From an uncultured Flavobacterium sp. (GTDB lineage Bacteria; Bacteroidota; Bacteroidia; Flavobacteriales; Flavobacteriaceae), in assembly GCA_947631175.1 (NCBI GenBank), contig CANRKI010000001.1, positions 167 to 64,166 on the forward strand: DNA of 64,000 bases. The letters are read 5' to 3'. The translations under genes were made by a program, and so were the position numbers. Position 1 is the stretch's first letter. Each line of letters opens with the position of its first letter. The notes under the pieces were generated by a model. The model was not told the DNA's origin. It was given only the letters and a program-made list of their open reading frames with translations, and searched no databases. Below, one piece after another: positions 49,409 through 59,800 of the stretch.

Positions 49409-49484
49409 TTAAAATTTGGTTGTGTTGTAAATAAATTAATCATTTACAAATTAAAGGCTAAAACTAAGAATTTATTACTAATTT

Positions 49485-50105
49485 CTAAATACTTTTTAAT
49501 GTTTTTTCAAACGGAATTCTATGTAATAAACTTCTTCCTAAAGTCACTTCATCTGCATATTCTAATTCATCCCCAATTGCAATTCCGCGCGCGATAGTAG
49601 ATGTTGTTATATCAAATTTTTTTAGCTGCTTATAGATATAAAAATTTGTGGTATCTCCCTCAATAGTTGAACTTAACGCAAAAATAATTTCATCACATTG
49701 ATTTTGATTTACTTTTTCAATAAGTGATGGTATTTTTAATTGGCTTGGTCCAATACCATCAATTGGAGAGATTTTTCCTCCTAAAACATGATATATTCCA
49801 TTAAACGTTCGCGTATTTTCAATTGCCATTACATCTCTAATGTCCTCAACTACGCATATAATTTTATGATTACGAGCTGGATTACTACAAATTTCGCAAA
49901 CCTCATCATCACTAATATTATGACAAGATGAGCATTGTTTTATATTTTGTTTTAGATCCAAAATTGCATTAGTAAATGCCAATGTATTTTGGCTAGGCTG
50001 TTTTAATATATGTAAAACCAAACGCAAGGCAGTACGTTTTCCTATTCCAGGCAAGCCAGACATTTCTGCAACGGCGTTTTCTAAAAGCTTTGATGTAAAT
50101 TCCAT
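49485..50105 (-). CDS. recR: Recombination mediator RecR
   Basis: [10 protein letters not shown]4 zinc finger (CSSC...CEIC) and TOPRIM domain (VVED, YHVLGG, EGDTT). Confidence 0.95.
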   Translation of the reverse strand: MEFTSKLLENAVAEMSGLPGIGKRTALRLVLHILKQPSQNTLAFTNAILDLKQNIKQCSSCHNISDDEVCEICSNPARNHKIICVVEDIRDVMAIENTRTFNGIYHVLGGKISPIDGIGPSQLKIPSLIEKVNQNQCDEIIFALSSTIEGDTTNFYIYKQLKKFDITTSTIARGIAIGDELEYADEVTLGRSLLHRIPFEKTLKSI

Positions 50106-50109
50106 TTCA

Positions 50110-50117
50110 CAAAGATA
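50110..50117 (-). promoter_or_regulatory. -7 element (TATCTTTG) 4 nt before the recR ATG
   Basis: Exact TAnnTTTG match followed by TGAA-ATG. Confidence 0.6.
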
Positions 50118-50208
50118 CTAAATAGCCTATATTTTTTAAAATTTATATTTATAGTCTTATTCTTATCATTTCACAAATTTTAGTACATTGCTTTAAATAT
50201 ATTTTAGC

Positions 50209-51705
50209 ATGACACCTTCTATAATTCTAAGTATTATAATTATTTACTTTGGTTTATTACTTGTAATATCAAACATTATTAGCAAAAAAGATAAAAGTAA
50301 CGACGCTTTTTTCAGTGCAAATAAAAATGCCAAATGGTATTTAATTGCTTTTGGAATGATTGGAACCGCACTAAGTGGTGTAACTTTTATATCCGTTCCT
50401 GGAGAAGTAGGATCTCCTAACGGGGAACAGTTTAAATATTTTCAGTTTGTTTTAGGAAATGCTATTGGTTTTTTAATTGTTGCTACCGTTTTATTGCCGT
50501 TGTATTATAAAATGAATTTAACTTCTATTTACGGATATATCGAAAATAAGTTAGGGGTTTACAGCTATAAAACATCAGCACTTATCTTTTTAATAAGTCG
50601 AACAATTGGTTCTGCATTTAGGCTTTATTTAGTTGTTCTTGTTTTACAACGTTATGTTTTTGACTTTTACGGAATCCCGTTTGCTGTAACAGTTTTAATT
50701 TCGTTAGCTCTAATTTTTGCTTACACGTATAAAGGCGGATTAAAAACAATTATTGTTACCGATACTTTACAAACTTTTTTTCTAGTTTCTTCGGTTTTAT
50801 TCACTATTTTCTTTATCTGTAAAAGCTTAGATTTATCTCTTATTCAAGCTATTGAAACGGTTAAAGAATCGAATTATTCAAAAGTATTCTTTTTTGAAGA
50901 TTTTATAACTAATAAATATCATTTTGTAAAACAAATACTTGGTGGAATTTTTGTAACCATTGCTATGGTAGGTTTGGATCAAGATTTAATGCAAAAAAAC
51001 TTATCGTGTGCTAACATTAAAGAAGGACAAAAAAACATGTTTTGGTTTACAGGAATTTTTGTTGTAATTAACTTTATATTTTTATGTGTTGGTGCACTAT
51101 TATACATTTATGCACAAAAATTTCAAATTTCGGTTCCAATAGATTCGGTAACTGGCGCTGCTAGAACAGATTTATTATTTCCAGAAATTGCTTTCAATCA
51201 CTTAACATTAATACCTTCTATCATATTTTTACTTGGTTTAACCGCTGCTACTTTTGCAACAACAGATTCGGCATTAACCGCATTAACAACGTCATTTTGT
51301 GTTGATTTTTTAAATATGAATAAAAAACCAAACAACCCAAATAACGTAAAAATTCGCCATTGGGTTCATATTGGTTTTTCGTTCGCTATGTTTTTAGTTA
51401 TTATCATTTTTAATTCACTAAATGATAAATCTGTTGTAAGTATGATTTTTAAAATCGCTTCGTATACTTATGGTCCTTTATTAGGTTTGTATAGTTTTGG
51501 TTTATTTGTAAAGAACAGAAAAGTTATAGATAAAATGGTACCTTATCTTTGCATTATTTCACCAATTGCAACATGGGTATTAAGTTCAAACTCTAAACTA
51601 TTTTTTGGGGATTACGTTTTTGATAATGAACTAATCATTATTAACGGTTTAATAACTTTTGGTTTATTACTTATCTTTAGTAAAAAAACTAATATTGCTC
51701 AGTAG
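50209..51705 (+). CDS. Sodium:solute symporter family transporter
   Basis: GTALSGVTFISVPG, DQDLMQK and DSALTALTTSF motifs, about 13 TMs. Confidence 0.88.
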   Translation: MTPSIILSIIIIYFGLLLVISNIISKKDKSNDAFFSANKNAKWYLIAFGMIGTALSGVTFISVPGEVGSPNGEQFKYFQFVLGNAIGFLIVATVLLPLYYKMNLTSIYGYIENKLGVYSYKTSALIFLISRTIGSAFRLYLVVLVLQRYVFDFYGIPFAVTVLISLALIFAYTYKGGLKTIIVTDTLQTFFLVSSVLFTIFFICKSLDLSLIQAIETVKESNYSKVFFFEDFITNKYHFVKQILGGIFVTIAMVGLDQDLMQKNLSCANIKEGQKNMFWFTGIFVVINFIFLCVGALLYIYAQKFQISVPIDSVTGAARTDLLFPEIAFNHLTLIPSIIFLLGLTAATFATTDSALTALTTSFCVDFLNMNKKPNNPNNVKIRHWVHIGFSFAMFLVIIIFNSLNDKSVVSMIFKIASYTYGPLLGLYSFGLFVKNRKVIDKMVPYLCIISPIATWVLSSNSKLFFGDYVFDNELIIINGLITFGLLLIFSKKTNIAQ

Positions 51706-52045
51706 CTAAAAGAACTAAAGTACAAGCAATTTCGAATGATATACCTTTAGCTTCTAACAAATTATAAAGTTCTAAATTTTCGGTACCAGGATTAAAAATT
51801 ACGCGTTCGGGATTTAAAGCTATAATATAATCGTAATAATCACGTTGTCTGATTGGGTTTAAATATAAAGTTACCGTGTGAACATCTGGATATTTAATAG
51901 GTTGTTTTTCTATTACAATTCCTGCAACCTCACCAATTTTATTACCAACAGCTACAACTTCATGATTGTTATTTACTAATTTATATATTGCTTTATACGA
52001 ATAGCGTTCCGGATTGGTAGATGCGCCTAATACTAATGTTTTCAT
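51689..52045 (-). CDS. CoA-binding protein (YccU-like)
   Basis: LGASTNPERYS and IFNPGTEN motifs. Confidence 0.85.
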   Translation of the reverse strand: MKTLVLGASTNPERYSYKAIYKLVNNNHEVVAVGNKIGEVAGIVIEKQPIKYPDVHTVTLYLNPIRQRDYYDYIIALNPERVIFNPGTENLELYNLLEAKGISFEIACTLVLLATEQY

Positions 52046-52103
52046 ACATTTAATTTTTATATATTTAACTAACGTAATATACTTTTTTTAATTATCCTAA
52101 GAT

Positions 52104-52736
52104 ATGGATTTATTTATTTACATTTTCGCGGCCGTTTTTTCGGTATTAAACCCCTTAGGGACAATTCCAATTTTTGTTGGATTAACACAAGATGATTCTT
52201 TGGCAGAACGATCAAGAATCTCGATTTGGACAGCGGTAAACGTATTTGTTATTTTAATGATTTCCTTTTTTATTGGAAAATACGTTTTAACCTTTTTTGG
52301 AATTACTATGGATGCACTTAGAATTGCTGGTGGTTTAATTATCGTAAACTCAGGATATTCGTTATTGGCAGGAAATTTTTCGAAAAGACGTGGTGTAAAT
52401 AAAAAAGTAGCTGATGATGCACAAAAAAGAAATGATATTGCTTTAACGCCGCTAGCAATGCCTATGTTGGCAGGTCCTGGTGCAATGTCACTTTTAATTG
52501 CCTTTTATCAAGATTATCCAGAATACACAGATAAAGCTATTGTTTGTGGTGCGGTTTTAGTTGTTTGCTTACTTATCTTTTTAATTTTAAGAAGTGCACA
52601 TTATTTATCTAACTTACTTGGAGCTTCTGGTATTGTTTCAATTTCCCGAATTATGGGATTCATTGTAATTGCTTTAGGAATACAATATATTAGTAATGGA
52701 GTTATCAATATGCTACAAACAGCAATAGTAAAATAA
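52104..52736 (+). CDS. marC: MarC family integral membrane protein
   Basis: LNPLGTIP, LRIAGG, PLAMPMLAGPG and SRIMG. Confidence 0.9.
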   Translation: MDLFIYIFAAVFSVLNPLGTIPIFVGLTQDDSLAERSRISIWTAVNVFVILMISFFIGKYVLTFFGITMDALRIAGGLIIVNSGYSLLAGNFSKRRGVNKKVADDAQKRNDIALTPLAMPMLAGPGAMSLLIAFYQDYPEYTDKAIVCGAVLVVCLLIFLILRSAHYLSNLLGASGIVSISRIMGFIVIALGIQYISNGVINMLQTAIVK

Positions 52737-52770
52737 AAAAGTTCGGGTATTTCCCGAACTTTCTTTTTTT
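52735..52770. terminator. Bidirectional intrinsic terminator
   Basis: AAAGTTCGGG/CCCGAACTTT stem between convergent marC and ctlX. Confidence 0.85.
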
Positions 52771-53716
52771 ATTCCATATCCGAAGCTAATGGTAAAAATA
52801 CTTCGGCAAGCATACAACGTGCACTTCCGCCTCCGCAAGCCTCAATAGTATCTAAATTAGCAGATAAAATTTCGCAATATTTTTCGATTTGATTAATTTG
52901 TCCTTTGTTTAAAGATTGGTGAGCAGCTTCGCTCATTACTAAGTAGCGTTTATCCTCAGCACCACGAACCTGTAGCATATTACCAGCAAAATGTGTTAAT
53001 TGTTCTTCGGTCAAATAAATAATTTCTTTACCATCCGATTTTAAACAATCAATCACCATTTTACGTTCTTTTTTATCATCAATACAATCTGCACAAATAA
53101 CCGCAAATTGCTCGGCTACACACATCATTACATTGGTATGATAAATTGGTTTGCGTTCACCGTTTACTGTTTGAAAAGCTTCAAAAATAACAGGATTCAT
53201 TTCAAAATCTTCGCAAAATTCAATCATCAATTCTTCTTCAGCTCGAGGAGATAATGCGGAATAAGCTTTTGCGTTTTCACGATCTAAAACCAAACTTCCG
53301 GTTCCTTCTAAATAAATTCCAGCTTCTTCGGCAATAGTATAATCGGTTACATTTTCGATGTAAAAACCTTTTTCTTCTAAAAGATCTAAAATATCATCTC
53401 TGCGTTCCAAACGTCTATTTTCAGCAAACATTGGATATAAAACCACATCTGCTGTTTGGTGAAATGAAACCCAATTGTTAGGGAAAATACTATCTGGCGT
53501 ATTCGGTTCAATCGTATCTTCAACAACAATAACATTAACACCTACGTTTTTAAGCATTGTTACAAAGTTATCAAATTCGGATTGAGCCTTAGCATTCACC
53601 GTTGCCGGTAAAATACCATCCATTACTTTTTGGTAATAATTGTTAACTGCTGTTTGCTCGTTCATTCGGAAAGCTACCGGACGAATCATTAAAATTGTAT
53701 TGGTTGTTTGTTTCAT
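52769..53716 (-). CDS. ctlX: Pentein (amidinotransferase) family hydrolase, CtlX-like
   Basis: ILMIRP, PDSIFPNNW, LEGTGS, YHTNV and GGGSARCM (catalytic Cys). Confidence 0.8.
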   Translation of the reverse strand: MKQTTNTILMIRPVAFRMNEQTAVNNYYQKVMDGILPATVNAKAQSEFDNFVTMLKNVGVNVIVVEDTIEPNTPDSIFPNNWVSFHQTADVVLYPMFAENRRLERRDDILDLLEEKGFYIENVTDYTIAEEAGIYLEGTGSLVLDRENAKAYSALSPRAEEELMIEFCEDFEMNPVIFEAFQTVNGERKPIYHTNVMMCVAEQFAVICADCIDDKKERKMVIDCLKSDGKEIIYLTEEQLTHFAGNMLQVRGAEDKRYLVMSEAAHQSLNKGQINQIEKYCEILSANLDTIEACGGGSARCMLAEVFLPLASDME

Positions 53717-54630
53717 TATTCTCTAATTAATGGTAAAGTTGAGCAACGTAATAAACCTTCTTGCTTAGAGATTTCGGCGTAAGGTATTTCTTCAACTATA
53801 AAATTTTGTGAACGTAACCAGTTGTTTAGTCTAGTAAATTTTTTTTCGCTTACTACAACATTTTCAGCTATAGAAAACACGTTCGAATACATATAATACA
53901 TTTCTTCTCTTTCGATATGAAAAAGATTTTCTTTCCCAAATAAATCAACTAAGTATAAATAATCGGCCTCTTCTCTAAAACCAGATTTATAAATTATTCC
54001 TTTGTTTTTCCCTACTGGTTGAAAGCAGCAATCCAAATGCAAAGCATTATCACGAGGTTCAATTTTAGATTTAACAAGGTCAAATTCTTTAACTATTTTG
54101 TTTGGAAATAAATTTTTGATATAATTTACCCCTTGCATGTTGGTACGCGCCGTAATAAAGCTTTTGTAGTCGCTACCTTTATAGGTTCCTATAAAAATAT
54201 GATCGTTCCAAAGCATTACATCACCACCTTCAATGTGAACATCATCTGGTGGGCGAACAACTTTTTGAGGATTTATTTGATCGATAACATATTGAATGGC
54301 ATCAAGCTCACGCTCTCTGTCGGGTAAAATATTGGCTTTTACAAAAATATCATCAATTACAAAACCAATATCGCGTGAGAAAATTTGATTGTAATTTTCG
54401 ATTATTTCTGGACGGTAAACCTGAACGTCATATTTTTTCAACACCTTTTCAAAAGCAGTCATTTCAATAACCATATCTTTTTCTAATGGATAAGTTCCTG
54501 CTTTAATATGTTCTAATGATTTGGGATCGTAAGCTTCATCAATAGTTGGTGTTGGCCCGTTACTATTTGCAATTCCTAACACAACGGCTCTAAGCCGGGA
54601 TGTTTCATTTTTTACATTTAATTGTAACAT
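53716..54630 (-). CDS. Pentein family protein (arginine deiminase/DDAH-like)
   Basis: NETSRLRAVVLG, QIFSRD, IEGGD, LHLDC and GLLRCST. Probable ATG at 54630. Confidence 0.82.
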   Translation of the reverse strand: MLQLNVKNETSRLRAVVLGIANSNGPTPTIDEAYDPKSLEHIKAGTYPLEKDMVIEMTAFEKVLKKYDVQVYRPEIIENYNQIFSRDIGFVIDDIFVKANILPDRERELDAIQYVIDQINPQKVVRPPDDVHIEGGDVMLWNDHIFIGTYKGSDYKSFITARTNMQGVNYIKNLFPNKIVKEFDLVKSKIEPRDNALHLDCCFQPVGKNKGIIYKSGFREEADYLYLVDLFGKENLFHIEREEMYYMYSNVFSIAENVVVSEKKFTRLNNWLRSQNFIVEEIPYAEISKQEGLLRCSTLPLIRE

Positions 54631-54650
54631 ATTTTTAATGATTAGAAACA

Positions 54651-54658
54651 CAAATATA
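54651..54658 (-). promoter_or_regulatory. -7 element (TATATTTG) for the pentein gene pair
   Basis: Exact TAnnTTTG match 20 nt upstream of the ATG at 54630. Confidence 0.6.
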
Positions 54659-54703
54659 CTATTTTGTTAAAGCTTGTCAATAGTTTAGCTAGGGAATTGA
54701 CAT

Positions 54704-54733
54704 AAAAAAAACCTCGAAAAAAATCGAGGTTTT
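54704..54733 (-). terminator. Intrinsic terminator after gltA
   Basis: AAAACCTCGA/TCGAGGTTTT stem with an A-run. Confidence 0.8.
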
Positions 54734-54753
54734 GTCTTTATAAATAAAATAGA

Positions 54754-56037
54754 TTATCGTTTATCCATTTCTACAAAAGAACGTAATGGTTCACCAACGT
54801 ATACTTGACGTGGACGTCCAATTGGTTCTTTGTTTACGCGCATTTCTTTCCATTGTGCAACCCATCCTGGTAAGCGTCCAATTGCGAACATTACAGTAAA
54901 CATTTCAGTTGGGATACCTAATGCACGGTAAATGATTCCTGAATAGAAGTCAACGTTTGGATATAAGTTACGTTTTACGAAATACTCGTCTTTTAATGCT
55001 TTTTCTTCTAAAGCTTTAGCGATAGATAAAATTGGGTCGTTAACACCTAATTCTGCTAATACTTCGTCAGCAGCTTTTTTAATGATACGAGCTCTTGGGT
55101 CAAAGTTTTTATAAACTCTGTGTCCGAATCCCATTAAACGGAATGGATCTTCTTTATCTTTAGCTTTAGCTAAAAATTTATCAGCATCACCACCATCTTT
55201 TTGGATTTCTTCTAACATTTCTAATACTGCTTGATTAGCACCACCGTGTAATGGTCCCCATAAAGCAGAAACACCTGCAGAGATTGAAGCGAATAATCCA
55301 GCGTGAGATGAACCTACCATACGAACTGTTGATGTAGAACAGTTTTGTTCGTGATCAGCATGTAAGATGAATAATTTATCAATAGCGTTTAAAACTGTTT
55401 TATTGATTTTGTAAGGTTCTGTTGGTAATTCAAACATTAAACGTAAAAAGTTATCTACGTATGGCTTAGTGTTATCGTAGTAGTTTAACGGATAACCTTT
55501 AGCTTTTCTGTATGTCCAAGTTGCAATTACAAGGAATTTACCCATCATTTTGCAAATTGCTTCGTACATTTTCTCTTCGTTATCAACATTTACAACACCA
55601 GGGTTGAAAGCAGTTAATGCACAAGTTAATGAAGATAATACGCCCATTGGGTGCGCATTTTTAGGAAAACCATCAATGATGTTTTTCATCTCTTCATTTA
55701 CTAAAGTATGTTTACGAATATCGTTTTCGAATTTTTCTAATTCTGCTTTTTTTGGTAATTCTCCAAAAATGATTAAATAAGCTACTTCCAAGAAACCTGC
55801 TTTATCAGCTAGATCTTCGATAGAATAACCTCTGTAACGTAATATTCCTTCTTCACCATCAAGGAAGGTAATAGCACTTTGACAAGAACCTGAATTTTTG
55901 TATCCTGGATCTAAAGTGATTGCACCCGTTTTTGCACGTAATGTCTCAATATTGATGGCTACTTCATTCTCGCTTCCAATAGTGATAGGAAACTCGTGTT
56001 TTACGCCATCTAACTCTAGTATTGCTGTTTTTGACAT
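54754..56037 (-). CDS. gltA: Citrate synthase (type II)
   Basis: ITFLDGEEGILRYRG, LHADHEQNCST, GPLHGGAN, GFGHRVYK and YPNVDFYSG. Confidence 0.96.
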   Translation of the reverse strand: MSKTAILELDGVKHEFPITIGSENEVAINIETLRAKTGAITLDPGYKNSGSCQSAITFLDGEEGILRYRGYSIEDLADKAGFLEVAYLIIFGELPKKAELEKFENDIRKHTLVNEEMKNIIDGFPKNAHPMGVLSSLTCALTAFNPGVVNVDNEEKMYEAICKMMGKFLVIATWTYRKAKGYPLNYYDNTKPYVDNFLRLMFELPTEPYKINKTVLNAIDKLFILHADHEQNCSTSTVRMVGSSHAGLFASISAGVSALWGPLHGGANQAVLEMLEEIQKDGGDADKFLAKAKDKEDPFRLMGFGHRVYKNFDPRARIIKKAADEVLAELGVNDPILSIAKALEEKALKDEYFVKRNLYPNVDFYSGIIYRALGIPTEMFTVMFAIGRLPGWVAQWKEMRVNKEPIGRPRQVYVGEPLRSFVEMDKR

Positions 56038-56497
56038 GATTTACTATAAGATTAAATGTGAATTTATTTTTTTGCTAAATGCGAATTTACAAATTTGAAT
56101 TTTTATTTAAAAATATTTAAAAGTAAATTGTTTATTTTTTATTAACAGAAGTTCAATGTCTGATATAAATAAATAATCGACTTAAAAAGCTTTACAATAT
56201 ACCACTATTTAAACATGTGATAAAAAAAAAGCAATACTAATTTCGGACAAAATCAAAGTTTTACAAGTGTTGAGAATTTTTTTAAGTAAAGATAACTCAA
56301 CCTTAAAACAAATGCTATAAAATTGCCAATTTGATTATTTTAGCATGAATTTATTAAACATAAATTATCAATCAAATTAAACAATAAATTAATAAAACCC
56401 TATTTCTTAACAAAAAATAAAGAATTAATTTATTTTAGATGATACTATAAAGATTGATGAAGTTGCAATGTATTAAAAAAAACATGCAATTTTTCAT

Positions 56498-56532
56498 AAA
56501 AAAAGCCTCTTACAAAAGTAAGAGGCTTTTTA
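56498..56532 (-). terminator. Intrinsic terminator ending the rpoBC-DUF3467 unit
   Basis: AAAAGCCTCTTAC-aaaa-GTAAGAGGCTTTT perfect 13-bp stem. Confidence 0.9.
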
Positions 56533-56538
56533 AATATA

Positions 56539-56859
56539 TTAAGCGTTTCCGGATGGACCTAAGTTATAAGGAGAAGCAACGTTTGTGTTATTTTCCGTAT
56601 CTTTTATCATTCCGTTTACACTTTCAAATCTATTGATATTGTCAGCTAAAGCGTTTAATAATCTTTTGGCATGTTGAGGCGTAAGAATCATTCTTGATTT
56701 TACTTTTGCCTTAGGAACCCCAGGCATAATATTAATAAAATCTAAAACAAATTCTGTATTTGAATGATTTATAACTACCATATTAGAATAGGTTCCTTCG
56801 GCAGTTTTTTCATCTAATTCAATACTAAACTGATTGTTATTTTGTTTAGTGTCACTCAT
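56539..56859 (-). CDS. DUF3467-family small protein
   Basis: IELDEKTAEGTYSN...EFVLDFI...SRMILTPQHAKRL motif, 11 nt after rpoC. Confidence 0.8.
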   Translation of the reverse strand: MSDTKQNNNQFSIELDEKTAEGTYSNMVVINHSNTEFVLDFINIMPGVPKAKVKSRMILTPQHAKRLLNALADNINRFESVNGMIKDTENNTNVASPYNLGPSGNA

Positions 56860-56870
56860 GCTAAAAAATA

Positions 56871-59800
56871 TTAAAAATTAAAACTTTCTTTATTTGCAAC
56901 TAATTCGTTAAAATCGTCTTTAGATCCTACCATAGTATTATCGTATTCTCTCATACCTGTACCAGCAGGAATTCTGTGTCCAACAATAACGTTTTCTTTT
57001 AATCCTTCTAATGTATCTACTTTACCAGCTACAGCTGCCTCGTTTAATACTTTAGTAGTTTCCTGGAATGAAGCTGCAGAAATAAAAGATTTAGTTTGTA
57101 AAGATGCTCTTGTAATACCTTGTAATATAGGTGTTGCAGTTGCAGGTATAACCTCTCTAGCAATTACTAAATTTTTATCATTACGTCTCAATAATGAATT
57201 TTCGTCTCTTAATTCACGAGCTGAAACAATTTGACCAGCGATTAAGTTTTCAGAATCACCTGCATCTTCAATAAACTTCATTCCGTATAACTTATCGTTT
57301 TCAATAATGAAATCTTGTGTATGTGCAAGTTGTTCTTCTAAGAATAAAGTATCTCCTGGATCCTCGATTCTAACTTTACGCATCATTTGGCGAATTACCA
57401 CCTCAAAGTGTTTATCAGAAATTTTTACCCCTTGTAAACGGTAAACTTCCTGAATCTCGTTAACTAAGTACTGTTGTACAGCTGACGGTCCTTTAATTCT
57501 TAAAATATCTTCTGGAGTAATTGCTCCATCTGATAATGGCACTCCCGCTTTTACGAAGTCATTTTCTTGAACTAAAATTTGGTTTGATAATTTTACTAAG
57601 TACTTCTTAATTTCACCAAATTTAGATTCAATAATGATTTCACGGTTACCACGTTTAATTTTACCGAAAGAAACAACACCATCAATTTCTGATACTACGG
57701 CTGGGTTCGACGGGTTACGAGCTTCTAATAACTCTGTAATACGTGGTAAACCACCGGTAATATCACTTGCTTTAGATGAACGACGTGGAATTTTAACTAA
57801 AATTTTACCAGCTTTAATTTTTTCTCCGTCGTTTACCATTAAGTGTGCACCTACAGGTAAGTTGTATGAACGAATTAATTCACCATCTTTAGAATTCATC
57901 AATAAAGTAGGAACTAATTTTTTGTTACGACCTTCAGAAATTACTTTTTCTTTAAATCCTGTTTGTTCGTCAATTTCAACTTGGAAAGTTTGTCCTTGTT
58001 CTAAATCCTCGTAAGCAATTTTACCATCAGTTTCAGCAATAATTACCCCGTTATATGGATCCCATTTACAAATTACATTACCTTTTTCAACCACGTCACC
58101 ATCTTTAACAAAGATAGATGAACCGTAAGGAATATTGTGAGTATTAACAACAATTCCAGTTGTAACATCAACTAATTTATATTCTGTAGAACGAGAAATT
58201 ACAATGTCAACAACGTTTCCATCAGAATCTTCTCCTTTAACTGTTCTTAAATCTTCAATTTCAACACGACCTGCAAATTTAGCAATTAAACTTGACTCTT
58301 CAGAGATACCTCCAGCAACCCCACCCACGTGGAATGTACGAAGCGTTAACTGAGTACCAGGCTCACCAATTGATTGCGCAGCTACAACCCCAACAGCATC
58401 ACCACGTTGAGCGATTTTGTTAGTTGCTAAGTTACGTCCGTAACATTTAACACAGATACCTTTTTTGGCCTCACATGTTAATGGTGAACGTACTTCCATG
58501 CTTTCAACCGGAGATTCGTTAATTGATTTAGCGATAGCTTCAGTAATTAACTGTCCTTCTTCAACAACTACATCACCTGTTAATGGATTAACTACATCTA
58601 ATAAAGCAACACGCCCTAAAACACGTTCTCCTAATGACTCAACAACTTCGTCATTTTTCTTAAGTGCGCTAACTTCAATACCTCTTAAAGTTCCACAATC
58701 TTCAGAATTAACAATTACATCTTGAGCAACATCATGTAAACGACGAGTTAAGTAACCCGCATCGGCTGTTTTAAGAGCTGTATCGGCAAGACCTTTACGA
58801 GCACCGTGCGTAGAGATGAAGTATTCTAAAATTGATAAACCTTCTTTAAAGTTAGATAAAATTGGGTTTTCAATAATTTCACCACCACCAGCTGTCGATT
58901 TTTTAGGTTTCGCCATTAATCCACGCATACCTGTTAACTGACGAATCTGCTCCTTAGAACCACGGGCTCCAGAATCAAGCATCATAAATACAGAGTTAAA
59001 ACCTTGCTGATCTTCACGAATATTGCGCATCGCAGCTTCTGTTAACATTGCATTTGTTGATGTCCAAACGTCAATCACCTGATTATAACGCTCATTATTT
59101 GTGATAAGCCCCATGTTATAGTTCATGGTAATACCATCAACTTGTGAATTAGCCTCAGCAATTAATGATTGTTTTTGGTCTGGGATTTTGATATCACCTA
59201 AAGAGAAGGATAAACCACCTTTAAACGCGTATCCATATCCCATATTTTTGATATCATCTAAGAACTGAGCCGTTGTAGGAACATCAGTTTTAGCTAAAAT
59301 TTCAGAAATAATATCACGTAAAGATTTTTTATTTAATACTTCGTTGATATATCCTGCAGCTTCTGGCACTACCTCATTAAATAAGATACGTCCAGCTGTT
59401 GTAGGAATAATTTTGTATACCAACTCACCATTTTCATTAAAATCTTTAGCACGAACTTTAACACCTGCATTTAAGTCTAGTTTTCCTTCGTTGATAGCGA
59501 TGTGAACCTCTTCAACAGAATAGAATACTTGACCTTCACCTTTAATAGGATATTCTGGTGTGTTCTTTCTTTCCTTAGTCATGTAGTAAAGACCAAGAAC
59601 CATGTCCTGAGATGGTACCGTAATAGGTGCACCATTTGCAGGGTTAAGAATATTGTGAGACGCTAACATTAATAATTGCGACTCTAAAATAGCCTCTGGT
59701 CCTAATGGTAAGTGAACCGCCATCTGGTCACCGTCGAAATCGGCGTTGAACGCAGTACACACTAACGGGTGTAAACGGATTGCTTTACCCTCAATTAACT

